This document shows, one piece after another, positions 39,789-50,712 of a stretch of DNA of 64,000 nt. The DNA is taken from NCBI GenBank assembly GCA_965261735.1, contig OZ253470.1:1984001-2048000 (forward strand). The letters run 5' to 3'. A model generated the notes under the pieces. That model was not told the origin of the DNA and ran no database searches. It was given only the letters and a program-made list of their open reading frames with translations. Within the stretch, counting starts at the first letter, position 1, and each line of letters opens with the position of its first letter. Position numbers and translations under genes: made by a program. Source of the DNA: Alphaproteobacteria bacterium. GTDB lineage: Bacteria; Pseudomonadota; Alphaproteobacteria; SHVV01.

Positions 39789-40826
39789 ATGAACTTCGCC
39801 AGCGACAACGTCACCGGCGTGGCCCCCGAAATCATGGCCGCGCTCGAACGCGCCAACGCCGGCAGCGTCATGCCCTATGGCGAGGACCCCGTGACCGATC
39901 GGTTGACGGCACTGTTCAGCGGGCTCTTCGAAACCCCGGTTACCGTGTTCCCCGTTGCCACCGGCACCGCCGCCAACGCGCTGTCGCTCGCGCTGCTGGC
40001 GCCGCCCTTCGGGGCGATCTATTGCCACGCCGGGGCGCACATCGAAAACGACGAGTGCGGCGCGCCCGAGTTCTACACCGGTGGCGCCAAGGTGGTGCCG
40101 CTTCCCGGCGCCCACGGCAAGATCGCCCCCGAAACCCTGGCGGCCGCGCTCGAGGGCGCGGGCGCCGGTGTCGCGCACCACGTGCAACCCGCGGCACTGA
40201 GCCTGTCGCAGGCGAGCGAGGCGGGGACGGTGTATGCGCCGGCCGAGGTAGCGGCGCTGAGCGCCGCGGCGCGCGCCCACGGCCTCGGCGTTCACATGGA
40301 CGGCGCGCGCTTCGCCAACGCCGTCGCCGCCCTCGGCTGCACGCCGGCGGACCTCACCTGGCGCGCGGGCGTCGACGCCCTGTCCTTTGGCGCGACCAAG
40401 AACGGCGCCATGGCGGCCGAGGCGGTCATCCTGTTTCGGCCCGAGCTGGCTGCTGATTTCGCCTATCGGCGCAAGCGCGCGGGCCACCTGTTCTCGAAGC
40501 TGCGCTTCCTGTCGGCCCAGCTCGAGGCTTATGTCGCCGAGGGCCGCTGGCTCTCCTTTGCCGCCCACGCCAACGCCATGGCGCGGCGCCTCGAGGCCGG
40601 CATCGGCGCCATCCCCGGCGCCCGTATTGTCCATCCCGTCGAGGCCAACGAGGTGTTCGCGGAGCTCCCCGCGGTGGTGCTGCGCGGCCTCGAAGCCGAC
40701 GGCGCGCGCTTTCACCGCTGGGAAGGCGAGGCGACGACCATCCGCCTGGTGACCGCCTTCAACACCGACGCGGGCGAGGTCGAAAGCCTGCTCGCCGCCG
40801 CCCGCCACCACGCGGGCGCGGCTTGA
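39789..40826 (+). CDS. ltaE: Low-specificity L-threonine aldolase
   Basis: MNFASDN, TGTAAN, DECGAPEF, HMDGARFANA, SFGATKNG, SKLRF. Confidence 0.93.
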   Translation: MNFASDNVTGVAPEIMAALERANAGSVMPYGEDPVTDRLTALFSGLFETPVTVFPVATGTAANALSLALLAPPFGAIYCHAGAHIENDECGAPEFYTGGAKVVPLPGAHGKIAPETLAAALEGAGAGVAHHVQPAALSLSQASEAGTVYAPAEVAALSAAARAHGLGVHMDGARFANAVAALGCTPADLTWRAGVDALSFGATKNGAMAAEAVILFRPELAADFAYRRKRAGHLFSKLRFLSAQLEAYVAEGRWLSFAAHANAMARRLEAGIGAIPGARIVHPVEANEVFAELPAVVLRGLEADGARFHRWEGEATTIRLVTAFNTDAGEVESLLAAARHHAGAA

Positions 40827-40881
40827 GGGCTCGAGTTCGCGCCGGGATGACGGCGGCGAGGGGCAGAGGCGGGGTGTTGCC

Positions 40882-42249
40882 ATGGATACCCCCCGCGTAG
40901 CGGGCGAGAAGCCGGCGGCGCCGGTGCCGCCGGCCGCGTGGCCGACCCTCGAGCAGGCGCGCAGGGTCGTGCGCGACAACGTCCTCGCCATATGGCCGCG
41001 CTCGGCCTACGAGGATGCCTTCATCGATCGCTCCAACGCCCTTGTCCGGGTGTTCCTCATCAACGACCCGGAGGCGGTTCAGCACGTCCTCCTCGGCAAC
41101 GCCGCCAACTACGTCAAGTCGGTCGCCGTGCGCCGTCAGCTGCGCCCGGTGCTGGGCGACGGCCTGATCACCGCCGAGGGCGCGCGTTGGCAGCATGCCC
41201 CTCACCTCCTCGCCCCCGCCTTCCGCGGCGAGCGCATCACGTCCTACGTGCCCGCGATGGCCAAGGCGGCGGCGGAACTGGGGGAGCGCTGGACGCGGCC
41301 GGCATCGGCGCCGACCATGGATGCCGGCGCCGAGATGACCGACCTCACCCTCGCCATCATTTCGCGCACCATGTTCTCGCAGGATCTGGGGCCGGCCGCG
41401 GCAAGCGTGTGCGCGGACCTCGCGCGCTATCGCGAAACCCTCGGGCGCGTCGGTCTCGCCGACATTCTTCAGGTGCCCGAATGGGCGACGCCGTGGCGCC
41501 AGTGGCGGGCACGGCTGATGCTGCGCCGCTTCGACCGCGCGGTGGCGGGGCTCATCGCGCGCCGCCGAGGGACGGCGCCGGCCGACGATCTGCTCGCCCT
41601 GCTGCTCGAGGCGCGGGGCGCCGACGGGCGAGCGCTGCCCGCCGCGCACATCCACGACGAGGTCGCGACGATTCTGGCCGCCGGCCACGAGACGACGGCG
41701 AGCGTTCTCATCTGGTGCTGGTACCTCCTGTCACTCCATACCCGGGCGCGCGAGCGCATGGAGCGGGAGCTCGACGGCGTGCTCGGCGGCCGGCTCCCCG
41801 AAGCGGGCGACGTACCGCACCTCTCTTTCACTGGGCGGGTGATCGAGGAAGCCATGCGGCTCTATCCGCCCGTCCACGCCATCGAACGGCGTGCCCTAGG
41901 CGCCGATGAGGTCGCCGGTCATCCCATCCCGGCGGGCTCGGTCCTCATCATCGCGCCGTGGCTGCTGCACCGCCACCGCCGGCTGTGGGAGGACCCCGAG
42001 CGCTTCGATCCGGACCGGTTCGCCCCCGAGCGCGCGGCGTTACGCCACAGGTTCGCATACGTGCCGTTCGGCGGGGGTCCGCGCGTCTGCCTCGGCGCCG
42101 CCTTCGCCCTGACCGAGGCGGTGGTGGTCCTGGCCACGCTCGGGCAGCGCTTCCGCTTGGACCTCGTGCCCGGGCAACGCGTGGAACCGGTCGGCCGGAT
42201 CACCGTGCGCCCGCGCGACCCGCTCATGATGACGGTCACCGAACGCTAA
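40882..42249 (+). CDS. Cytochrome P450
   Basis: AGHETT I-helix, EAMR (ExxR), PERFDPDRF, FGGGPRVCLG heme motif. Confidence 0.95.
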   Translation: MDTPRVAGEKPAAPVPPAAWPTLEQARRVVRDNVLAIWPRSAYEDAFIDRSNALVRVFLINDPEAVQHVLLGNAANYVKSVAVRRQLRPVLGDGLITAEGARWQHAPHLLAPAFRGERITSYVPAMAKAAAELGERWTRPASAPTMDAGAEMTDLTLAIISRTMFSQDLGPAAASVCADLARYRETLGRVGLADILQVPEWATPWRQWRARLMLRRFDRAVAGLIARRRGTAPADDLLALLLEARGADGRALPAAHIHDEVATILAAGHETTASVLIWCWYLLSLHTRARERMERELDGVLGGRLPEAGDVPHLSFTGRVIEEAMRLYPPVHAIERRALGADEVAGHPIPAGSVLIIAPWLLHRHRRLWEDPERFDPDRFAPERAALRHRFAYVPFGGGPRVCLGAAFALTEAVVVLATLGQRFRLDLVPGQRVEPVGRITVRPRDPLMMTVTER

Positions 42250-42253
42250 ACGG

Positions 42254-43699
42254 CTAGCGCACCGTCGCCGCGGTCGCCGCGGTCGCGGCGGCGGGCTCGA
42301 GCAGGTGGGCGATGGCGTTGGCGTAGTAGCCGAGCAGCGGCCGCTCCTCGGCTCGCGCCCGGTAGAGGCCGTCAGCCTCGACGACGAGGCGGCGCAGCGT
42401 CAGCGTGCGCAGGCCGACGACGACGGCATAGTCGTGATCGGCGCGCGGGATGTAGACGTGGGCGCCCTTGGCTTCGAGCTCGCGCACGAGTGCGAACACG
42501 GCGGCCTTGAGCTCGAGCTCGCTGTACCAGCGCTCCTCGTCGCGCACGAAGACGCTCGCCACGAGCGATACCGGCAGCACCGGGATAACGCGCCCGACCG
42601 CGTCCATCAGCTCGGCCCCGAGCGCCTCGACGGCGGCGAAGCGCGCGGCCTCGTCGAGGCGGGCGAAGTCCGTGCCATGGCGCGCGACGTAGGCCCGCAT
42701 CGACAGCGGCGTGCCGAAGGTGACGCAGGCATAGCCGAAACGGTACCAGCGCCGGCGCAGCATCAGGCCAACCTGGCGCGCCAGGAAGCCCACCGTGGTC
42801 AGGGCGACGGCCGCGCCGCCGCGCCGACTCGCCTGCGCATCCTGGGCCCGCACCAGGCTGCGGTCCTCGATGACGCGGTCGTAGTTGATGCCGACGGGGA
42901 CGAACACGAGGTCGCGGCCGGCCGCATCGAAGTCGCTCACCATATAGGCGATGAGGCCGAGCCGGGGCGGGCGCAGGCGGCCGTCGCGGCTCAGGCCCCC
43001 CTCCGGATAGACCGCCTGCACGACGCCCCCCTCGGTCGCCATGTGGATGTAGCGCGCCAGCACCTTGCGGTAGAGCGGGTTGTCGGAATGGCGGCGGATG
43101 AAGTAGGCACCGAGCGAGCGGATCAGGGTGTCGAGCGGCCAGATGCGGGCCCATTCGCCAACCGCGTAAGAGAGCGCCGTGCGCGTCGCCGCCAGGTAGG
43201 CGACCATGATGTAGTCCATGTTGCTGCGGTGGTTCATCACGAAGACGACGGAGGCATCGCCCGGGATGGCGGCGAGAGCGGCGTCGTCGGCGTAACCCAG
43301 TCGGACACGGTAGAAGAGCTGGGCGAGGCGCCGTGCCAGACGATAGCCGATGCGGAAATAGGCGTAGGCGTTGAACGAGGGCACGATCTCGCGGGCGTAG
43401 CGCTCGACCTCGGCGAGCACGACCTCGCGCGGCTCGCCGCGCTCGGCGCCGCGGGCCTCGATAGCGGCGACGACTTCAGGGTCGAACAGCAGGCGGTCGA
43501 TCAGCACCTGGCGTTTGGTCATGCTGAGCGCCGGAAGGCGGACCTCGAGGCGGGCGTTGAGGTCGTCGATGACGCGATTGACGCGGCGCCGCAGATACCA
43601 GCGCACGCTCGGGATCAGGAGCCGTTCGAGCACCGCCCAGGCTGCGAGCACCCCAAGGCCGGCGATGACCCACAGCGGCAGCGCGACGGTCTGCGTCAT
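42254..43699 (-). CDS. PlsB-like glycerol-3-phosphate/1-acyl-G3P acyltransferase
   Basis: NHRSNMDY (HX4D), GAYFIRR, YPEGGLSRDG, VPVGINYD. Confidence 0.9.
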   Translation of the reverse strand: MTQTVALPLWVIAGLGVLAAWAVLERLLIPSVRWYLRRRVNRVIDDLNARLEVRLPALSMTKRQVLIDRLLFDPEVVAAIEARGAERGEPREVVLAEVERYAREIVPSFNAYAYFRIGYRLARRLAQLFYRVRLGYADDAALAAIPGDASVVFVMNHRSNMDYIMVAYLAATRTALSYAVGEWARIWPLDTLIRSLGAYFIRRHSDNPLYRKVLARYIHMATEGGVVQAVYPEGGLSRDGRLRPPRLGLIAYMVSDFDAAGRDLVFVPVGINYDRVIEDRSLVRAQDAQASRRGGAAVALTTVGFLARQVGLMLRRRWYRFGYACVTFGTPLSMRAYVARHGTDFARLDEAARFAAVEALGAELMDAVGRVIPVLPVSLVASVFVRDEERWYSELELKAAVFALVRELEAKGAHVYIPRADHDYAVVVGLRTLTLRRLVVEADGLYRARAEERPLLGYYANAIAHLLEPAAATAATAATVR

Positions 43700-43754
43700 C
43701 GCTTCCTCCCCACGAGCCATGATAGCAGGCCGCGCGGCCAACGCGGCGCAAAGC
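43659..43754. repeat. Direct repeat copy 1 (5' end and upstream region of the acyltransferase gene)
   Basis: About 96 bp with about 8 differences from 45087-45183. Confidence 0.9.
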
Positions 43755-44227
43755 ACTCCGATCCGCCGGCTATCGGTGAACGCAAGCCGCGCGATCTAGC
43801 GGGTGTTGTCAATCGGCGGCCCAACCCGTCCGCGTTTACCCCCCCAAACATAGCCCAAGGCATGCCGATCACCGTCCTCCTCCGGCCGCCCACCGCCGAC
43901 GGAGCGCGCGGCCGGCGTGTGCCAACGCTCCGTGGTGGCCCGCGGCGGTCGGTAAGAGAGCGCCACTACCTTCACGAGGTACAACTTGGGGACGGCGCTG
44001 CTTGTTCGCGACCTACCCGCGTCTGAGCGGGAGCCCGTCTTTCTAGCCCGCCGCGACGCGGCGTGTTGAGCGCACGATATGCCTTGACAGCTCGGTATGG
44101 AAGTCTGACCGTAACCGTTACAACCGTTAGTGGAGCGGCTACGTTATTGTACGAAGTGCAACAGTAGTGTCTTTGTCGTCGCGTTCGATTGGTATGTTTT
44201 AACTTACCCACGGCATGGAGCAATTCC

Positions 44228-45017
44228 GTGAATATTAATTGGGTAAATCATGCCTTCCTTCGTAATAGAAGCGAACGGTGTGCGGCTCCTCACCGCTTCA
44301 TGGACCCACGGTCGGGTATTCAACAATAGCTGGGATCTGGTCGCCTTTACTGTGTTCAATGACTATGATAGCATTGACTACATCTGGCTGTCTCATGAGC
44401 ATCCCGACCACTTTTCGCCGCCCGTCCTCGCCGCCATTCCAAAGGAGTCCCGAAATACCATAACGGCACTCTTTCAGGAGACGAGCGACCAACGTGTTGT
44501 CGGCTTTTGCGAGAAACTGGGATTTCGCGTGCGAGAATTGCCGGATGGTACGCGTTCACGACTCTCGGACGATTTTCATCTAACTCTTGGTAAAGTCCCA
44601 TTTTACGATAGTTGGTTACTGATTGAGGCAGCGGGTGCACTGATATTGAATCTAAATGATTGCGTACTAAGTACTCCAGCCATAATGAAAGCTCTGGCAA
44701 GAAAGGCTGGTCACATAGACGTACTATTGTGCCAATTCTCATTCGCTAGTTGGCACGGATCCGCTAACCAAGTCGAGTCATGGAAATCGGCGGCTCGAGA
44801 GAAGTTGGACCACATCTCGAAACAGATTGCTGTATTTCGACCAAACCAAGTAATACCATGTGCGGGTTTTATGCGCTTTTGCCATACTGAAAACAGCTTC
44901 ATGAACGCTTTCGCTAACCGGGTGTCCAAGCAAAGGTGGATTTCGAAAACTTATAATTGTGTTTTCTCCGGGTTCACTGAACAACATAGGACGACGCTTT
45001 GGTTTTGGCCTCCATGA
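44228..45017 (+). pseudogene. Low-GC MBL-fold metallohydrolase (UlaG/CMP-Neu5Ac-hydroxylase-like), frameshifted and truncated
   Basis: GTG 44228 INWVNHA then a frameshift to SFVIE; VFNNSWDL, IWLSHEHPDHFS, YDSWL, LNLNDC, QFSFASW, FCHTENSFMN. Confidence 0.75.
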
Positions 45018-45086
45018 AAAACAGGGTGTTGTTGCGGCGAGTTCTTAGAAAAATTATCCGCGCGCGATGACGAGTCTAACGCGAGC

Positions 45087-45183
45087 CCGGCGATGATCCA
45101 CAGCGGCGGCGCGACGGTCTGCGTCATCGCATCCCTCCCCACGAGCCATGATGGCAGGGCGCGCGACCAAGGCGGCGCAAAGC
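45087..45183. repeat. Direct repeat copy 2 (displaced acyltransferase 5' end, MTQTVAPPLWIIAG)
   Basis: Matches 43659-43754; directly upstream of tRNA-Glu. Confidence 0.9.
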
Positions 45184-45226
45184 GCTTGATCGGGCGCCGG
45201 GCGGAGGTTAAGTGTGGGGCCGGGCC

Positions 45227-45302
45227 GTCCCCTTCGTCTAGCGGCCTAGGACATCGCCCTCTCACGGCGAAAACAGGGGTTCGATTCCCCTAGGGGACGC
45301 CA
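45227..45302 (+). tRNA. tRNA-Glu(CTC)
   Basis: GTCCCCT/AGGGGAC acceptor stem, anticodon loop CT-CTC-AC, GGTTCGATTCC T-arm, encoded CCA. Confidence 0.97.
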
Positions 45303-45322
45303 ATCATTTCAATGGGTTGGTT

Positions 45323-46756
45323 GATCGTGTCCCGCGGAGTGGTGTAAGAGCGTTGCGCTCTACGCGGCTCCCGGCGGGTAGGGCCGGGACGTTCAGGCTG
45401 CCACGGTGGGCAGCGTGATGGGGACACCATCGCTCAGCGGAGCGATGGATTCCAGCGTCATGTATCTCCTTGAGACGGCCCACTCGTCGTTCTGCTCGAG
45501 AAGGATGGCGCCGACGAGCCGTGTGATGGCGGCTTCGTTGGGAAAGATACCGACGACGTTGGTGCGACGCTTGACCTCGGCATGGAGCCGTTCGATCGGG
45601 TTTGTGGAGTGCAATTTCTGGCGGTGCTCCCTGGGGAAGCTCATGTAGGCGAGGACGTCGTGCTCGGCTTCGTCCATGAGAACTGCCAGCTTGGGCACCT
45701 TGGGCCTGAGCTGGTCGGCGACCTGGCGCCACTGGACCTTCGCGCTGTCGGCGTCCTCCTGGGCGAAGGCGGTGGCGACGCGCCGGCCCTGGCGGCCGGC
45801 ATGGGCCAGCAGGTTGCGGGCGAAGTGTACGCGGCAGCGCTGCCATGTGGCGCCGAGGATCCGGGTCGCGGCGGCCTTCAGGCCCTTGTGGTCGTCGGAG
45901 ATCACCAGCTTCACGCCGCGCAGCCCGCGCCGGGCCAGCGAGCGCAGGAATTCGGTCCAGAAGGTCTCGGCCTCCGACGCGCCGATCGCCACGCCCAGGA
46001 CCTCGCGGCGGCCTTGGTCGTTGACGGCCACAGCCACGGTCACCGCGACCGAGACGATGCGTCCGGTCTGGCGCACCTTCACGTAGGTGGCGTCGAGCCA
46101 CAGATAGGGCCAGTCGCCCTCCAGCGGTCGATCGAGGAAGCCGTTGACCTTATCGTCGATCTCGCCGCACAGCCTGGAGACCTGGCTCTTGGAGGCGCCC
46201 GACATCCCCATCGCCTGAACCAGATCGTCAACCGAGCGGGTCGACACCCCCTGGATGTAGGCCTCCTGGATCACCGCAGCCAGCGCCTTCTCGGCCATCC
46301 GCCGCGGCTCCAGGAAGCCCGGGAAGTAGCTTCCCTTCCTCAGCTTCGGGATCTTCAGCTCGACCGTGCCGGCCCGCGTCTCCCAGGACCGGTCGCGGTA
46401 GCCGTTGCGATGGGTGATACGATCCGCCGAGCGCTCGCCGTGCCCGGCGCCGGTCAGGCCCTCAACCTCCAGTGCCATCAGCCGCTCGGCCGTGAAGCCG
46501 ATCATCTCGCAAAGCAGATCGGCATCGGAGCTCTTCTCCAAAAGCGCGCGCAGGGTCATCATGTCCTGGGTCATCGTGGTTCTCCTTCGGGTCAGGTTGG
46601 TTTGCACTAGCCCAACCCTAAACCGGAACCGCGATGGCCTCCGCTGTGGATAGCCGGCTTGCCTACGCCAGACTCTCGGCGGTCGCTACGGCAAGCCGCC
46701 TACCCACAGCTACCAGAGGCTCCAACAACTCCTACACCACGTCCTGGGACACGACC
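45323..46756 (-). mobile_element. IS256-family element
   Basis: Imperfect terminal IRs GATCGTGTCCCGCGGAGTGGTGTAAGAG / CTCCTACACCACGTCCTGGGACACGACC; no target duplication seen. Confidence 0.9.
45393..46574 (-). CDS. IS256-family (Mutator) transposase
   Basis: [52 protein letters not shown]; possible short in-frame deletion at GRRVATAF. Confidence 0.93.
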   Translation of the reverse strand: MTQDMMTLRALLEKSSDADLLCEMIGFTAERLMALEVEGLTGAGHGERSADRITHRNGYRDRSWETRAGTVELKIPKLRKGSYFPGFLEPRRMAEKALAAVIQEAYIQGVSTRSVDDLVQAMGMSGASKSQVSRLCGEIDDKVNGFLDRPLEGDWPYLWLDATYVKVRQTGRIVSVAVTVAVAVNDQGRREVLGVAIGASEAETFWTEFLRSLARRGLRGVKLVISDDHKGLKAAATRILGATWQRCRVHFARNLLAHAGRQGRRVATAFAQEDADSAKVQWRQVADQLRPKVPKLAVLMDEAEHDVLAYMSFPREHRQKLHSTNPIERLHAEVKRRTNVVGIFPNEAAITRLVGAILLEQNDEWAVSRRYMTLESIAPLSDGVPITLPTVAA

Positions 46757-47536
46757 TCGCTCTCTGATTCGGCCTCCTCCGCACTTCGCGCGTAGGTCAT
46801 CGCGCAGGAGCCAGCGGCACCGCCACTTGTGGCAGGGTTGGCTGCTGTGGGTCACCAGCAGACCTCCGGCCACATTGCTGTGTAGTTCCGCTTACGGCCA
46901 AGAAGCGGGCATGATCGCCCGGAAAGCGGACATCACGTCACCGATGTTGAGTTATCGCTCGATACCATCGACCCCCGGTGGGCCCATCCGCCCGGCCTGA
47001 CGCGACCAATTGGCGGGATCGCCTTCGTCCAAAAGGGCCCGGACGGCAGAGTCCGGTATTTCGCGCATGCCAACACCGAGGGCTTTTACCGGGAGATCCA
47101 CAATCCCGATGGACCTCCTCAGGCTAACGTGAGCGCGTCGGAGGCCTCTGCCCCTACCCCCCCCTCTTGCCTAGCCAGTGCGCCTGCAACGTGACCTCAG
47201 CGCACACCCAGGTCACTCGCGGTGAGACGCCATCCGAAGGCCGGGCGCATCAGCTGCGGCTCAACGGGACGGGTGACGCGCTACGCGGTCGCGTTCGCCC
47301 CTAGTGCCAAGGTCCGATGCTGGAGAGGGCCACACCCGGGCAGGCCGCGGCGGTTCTGCTCCGCCTCGTACCAGTCGGCGGCCCTGATTCCCTGAGGTGC
47401 GCAACCCATAACGGCGAATTGCTCCGTCGGGCAGGTTTCTTCTATATACTGGGGCTCTTCCCACGTGCGGCCTTGTGCCGCTTTCAGCCTCGCCGCGGCG
47501 GGTTTCGCCACGTGGGCACAAACAGGGAGGTATCCC

Positions 47537-48703
47537 ATGAAAAAGCATTTTGGTCTTGTGGCCTCGCTATCGGTGATCGTGGGCCTGGCCCTGGGGACTC
47601 TGTCGCCCACTGAAGCGGCGGAGGCCAAGGGCGAGCCCTTCCGCGTGCCCTTCCTGGCGACATTCAGCGGCGCGCTCGCCTACTACGGCCACGACATGTT
47701 CCAGTCGGCCGAGATCGTGCAGAACCTCATCAACAAGGAGGGCGGAATCAAGGGCAGGCCGCTCGAGCTCTATAAGGTCGACGGGCCCTGGGACGACATG
47801 CCGACCACGGTCACCTGGGTCAAGAAACTGTCTTCTGATCCAACGGTGCCGCTGATCATCGATTCGGGAACCACGAGTCAGGTGATTGCCGCCCACGACA
47901 TCGTTAACAAGAACGAGGTGCCGTCCTTCGCCTTTGCCAACAGCGGCTTGTGGCCTACCAACACCATCAGCCCGTGGCTGTTTCGGCTGATGCCGCAGGT
48001 CGAGACGGCCTTTCCGGCCATGTTCCCGAAGATCATGCAGAAGTGGAACCCGAAGACGACGGCGGTCGTCTACACCCACGACCAGGAGTACGCCGTCAAC
48101 AACGCCAAGGTGTTCCGCGAGTTCGCGAAGAAGTTCGGCATCGAGATCGTGGTCGAAGCGACCGGCAAGGCCAAGGACCCCGACTGGTCGCCGCAAATGA
48201 TCCGCGTTAAGGCGGCCAACCCCGACCTCCTCTTCCTCATGGGGCCCGGCAACGACACCGGTCTGATGGTGAAGACGGCGCGCGATATGGGGATCACCGC
48301 TCCCGTGCTCGGTGACGCGGGGATGACACACCAGGACTACTGGGACATGTCGAAGGGCCGAGTCGGGACGTCCATTTTTTATAACTTCTATGATCCCGAG
48401 GACACGCGACCCTATATCCGGAAACTAGTCGCCGACCACAAGGCGATCACCGGCAAGGTACCGGATCAATGGCGGGCCATGGCCGCCGATGCCGTCTACA
48501 TCCTGGGCAAGGTGCTGAACAGCGCCGACGACCTTTCGCGCGACGGCATCCGCACGGCGTTCGCCAACGCATCCAGCGTGGAGTCCCTGACCGGAAAGGT
48601 GGGCTGGAAAGGCTCGGGGAACGCGATGCGCGAAGAGGTCATCATCGCCACCTGGAAAGACGGCGAGATCGTCCGCGTTCCCGAGAGTTTCTGGAACGAG
48701 TAG
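47537..48703 (+). CDS. LivK/Peripla_BP_6-type ABC substrate-binding protein
   Basis: Signal peptide, SGALAYYG, INKEGGIKGRPLEL, DWSPQMIRVKAANPD; GGGAGG RBS. Confidence 0.88.
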   Translation: MKKHFGLVASLSVIVGLALGTLSPTEAAEAKGEPFRVPFLATFSGALAYYGHDMFQSAEIVQNLINKEGGIKGRPLELYKVDGPWDDMPTTVTWVKKLSSDPTVPLIIDSGTTSQVIAAHDIVNKNEVPSFAFANSGLWPTNTISPWLFRLMPQVETAFPAMFPKIMQKWNPKTTAVVYTHDQEYAVNNAKVFREFAKKFGIEIVVEATGKAKDPDWSPQMIRVKAANPDLLFLMGPGNDTGLMVKTARDMGITAPVLGDAGMTHQDYWDMSKGRVGTSIFYNFYDPEDTRPYIRKLVADHKAITGKVPDQWRAMAADAVYILGKVLNSADDLSRDGIRTAFANASSVESLTGKVGWKGSGNAMREEVIIATWKDGEIVRVPESFWNE

Positions 48704-48721
48704 AGGCCGGTAGCGTTCGCG

Positions 48722-48763
48722 GGGGCTGGGCGGCTGGTGCCGTACCGCCAGTTGCCCAGCCCC
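48722..48763 (+). other. Intercistronic stem-loop between the binding-protein and permease genes
   Basis: GGGGCTGGGCGGCTGG...CCAGTTGCCCAGCCCC with no U-tract; probably stabilises the upstream mRNA. Confidence 0.55.
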
Positions 48764-48843
48764 ACGCGGTGGGCCAACGCCCGTATTCGATGACCGGGCG
48801 CCGGTGCGCCGACGGATAGCCTAGGTTCCCGGCCCGAGAGCCC

Positions 48844-49731
48844 ATGGGAACATTCATTCAACAGCTGACCACCGGGCTGACAATAGGTTCTGTCTACGCG
48901 CTTATCGCGCTCGGCTACAACCTGATCTTCGGCGTCCTCAACGTGCTGAGTTTCGCGCACGGGGCGATCGTCATGGTCGGTTCGTATTCGACCTTCTTCC
49001 TGCTCACCCAGTTGGGCGTCAATTTCTACGCCGCCATCCTCGCCGGCATCGTGTGCGCGACCCTGCTTGGGCTTGTCGTCGAGCGCGTCGCCGTCCGCCC
49101 CATTGTCGAGCGCTCGGAGTGGGGGGTCATCGTGGCGACGATCGGTGCCGGGCTCTTCATCCAATTCGTCGTCCGGCGCTTCACCAGCGGCCGGCCCGTG
49201 CCGTTCCCGGTACCGTTCGAGCCTACCTACTTCGAGACTTTGTGGGGCGCCCGCATCAGCGACACCCAATTGATGCTAATGGGGGCCGGGCTCATCATTC
49301 TGACTGGTCTGCTGCTGCTGATCTATCGCACCAAGCTTGGCGTCGCGATTCGTACGGTGGCGCAAAGCCCTGACATCGCCAGCTGCCTCGGCATCGACCG
49401 GACGCGCACGAGCGTTATTACCTTCGGCGTCGCCTCGGCCGTGGGCGGCGCTTCGGGCATCTTGTACAGCGTCCACTATGGCGTCACCGACGTGTTCATG
49501 GGCGTAACCCTGGGGCTCAAGGGGCTCGTCGTGGTCATCGTCGCGGGCGTAGGCAACCTGTTCGGCTGCCTGGTCGTAGGTCTGCTGCTGGCGACGACCG
49601 AGGTAATGGTCGTCGGCTACGGGCAATCGACGCTCCGCGATTTCGTTGGTTACGCGGCGCTGCTACTGATCCTCATTGCCCGGCCCGGCGGCCTGTTCGG
49701 CGAGCACGGGCGCGCCCAGTACGAGGTGTGA
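48844..49731 (+). CDS. Branched-chain amino acid ABC permease (LivH-like)
   Basis: GSVYALIALGYNLIFGV...FAHG, TKLGVAIRTVAQ, RPGGLFG. Confidence 0.92.
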   Translation: MGTFIQQLTTGLTIGSVYALIALGYNLIFGVLNVLSFAHGAIVMVGSYSTFFLLTQLGVNFYAAILAGIVCATLLGLVVERVAVRPIVERSEWGVIVATIGAGLFIQFVVRRFTSGRPVPFPVPFEPTYFETLWGARISDTQLMLMGAGLIILTGLLLLIYRTKLGVAIRTVAQSPDIASCLGIDRTRTSVITFGVASAVGGASGILYSVHYGVTDVFMGVTLGLKGLVVVIVAGVGNLFGCLVVGLLLATTEVMVVGYGQSTLRDFVGYAALLLILIARPGGLFGEHGRAQYEV

Positions 49732-49734
49732 ACG

Positions 49735-50616
49735 GTGCTCGACCCACACATCGTCTCGTTCCTGCTCAATATCCTGACCGACTACGGGGTCTTCCTCATC
49801 CTTGCGCTCGGCTGCTACTTCACGCTGATGGCCGGGCAGATCTCGATCGGCCATGGCGGGCTCGCCGGGATCGGTGCCTATACGACGGCCGTGCTCACGG
49901 CCAAGCTTGGATTTCCGCCCTATGTCGGCATACCGCTCGCCGGCGCCGCCGGCGCGGTGGCCGGGCTGGCGGTCGCGTATCTCATGGCCATGCGACTCAA
50001 GGGCATGTACCTCGCCATCGGTACCTTTGCCTTCGGTGAGGCGATGTCTGTCGCCTGGATCAACACCGACTATGTCCGGGGCGCGGTCGGCATGATCGGG
50101 ATCCCGCCGGTCACCGACTTCAAGCTGGTGCTTGCGGTGGTTGCAATCGTGAGCTTCGCGCTGTGGCGCTTCGAGGCCTCCCACATGGGCCGCGCCTTCC
50201 GCGCCACCTTCGACGACGAGCGCGCCGCCTCGGCGCTCGGCGTCAACATCACGTTTGTCAAGGCGCTAGCATGGTCGATGGGCGGGTTCATCACCGGAAT
50301 CGGCGGGGCCCTCTATGCGCACAATCTGAGCGTCATCCGGCCCGACCAGTTCGCCTTCGACATGTCCGTGCTGGTGCTGCTCGCGCCCTGCATCGGCGGC
50401 TATTTCACCTTTTGGGGGACCTACATCGGGGCGGGCGTCATTATCTTCGCGCCGTGGATCCTCAACCTCGTCCATCCTCTCGACAAGCGTATCTTCTTCG
50501 CCGCCCTCTACGTCATCATCATGCTGTGGCGCCCCGACGGCATCATCGGACGCGAGGGCGTCAGGGTGCCAGCGATTCTGCGGCTCCTGCGCAGCGAGCC
50601 CAAGGGCGGGTTGTAG
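49735..50616 (+). CDS. Branched-chain amino acid ABC permease (LivM-like)
   Basis: GQISIGHG, RLKGMYLAIGT, GRAFRA..DDERAASALGVN, RPDGIIG. Confidence 0.92.
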   Translation: MLDPHIVSFLLNILTDYGVFLILALGCYFTLMAGQISIGHGGLAGIGAYTTAVLTAKLGFPPYVGIPLAGAAGAVAGLAVAYLMAMRLKGMYLAIGTFAFGEAMSVAWINTDYVRGAVGMIGIPPVTDFKLVLAVVAIVSFALWRFEASHMGRAFRATFDDERAASALGVNITFVKALAWSMGGFITGIGGALYAHNLSVIRPDQFAFDMSVLVLLAPCIGGYFTFWGTYIGAGVIIFAPWILNLVHPLDKRIFFAALYVIIMLWRPDGIIGREGVRVPAILRLLRSEPKGGL

Positions 50617-50712
50617 AGAGCGGGATGTAGGGCGAAGCGCGGCTTGATCCTACCACCATGCTGACGGCCGGCGTGGCCGGGCCGCGTCAAGGATAGCGCG
50701 CCCAGATCGAAG

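Noticed and set aside
46757-47460. Short ORFs between IS256 and the LivK-like gene
   Set aside because: No recognisable motifs or RBS; probably decayed mobile DNA plus promoter
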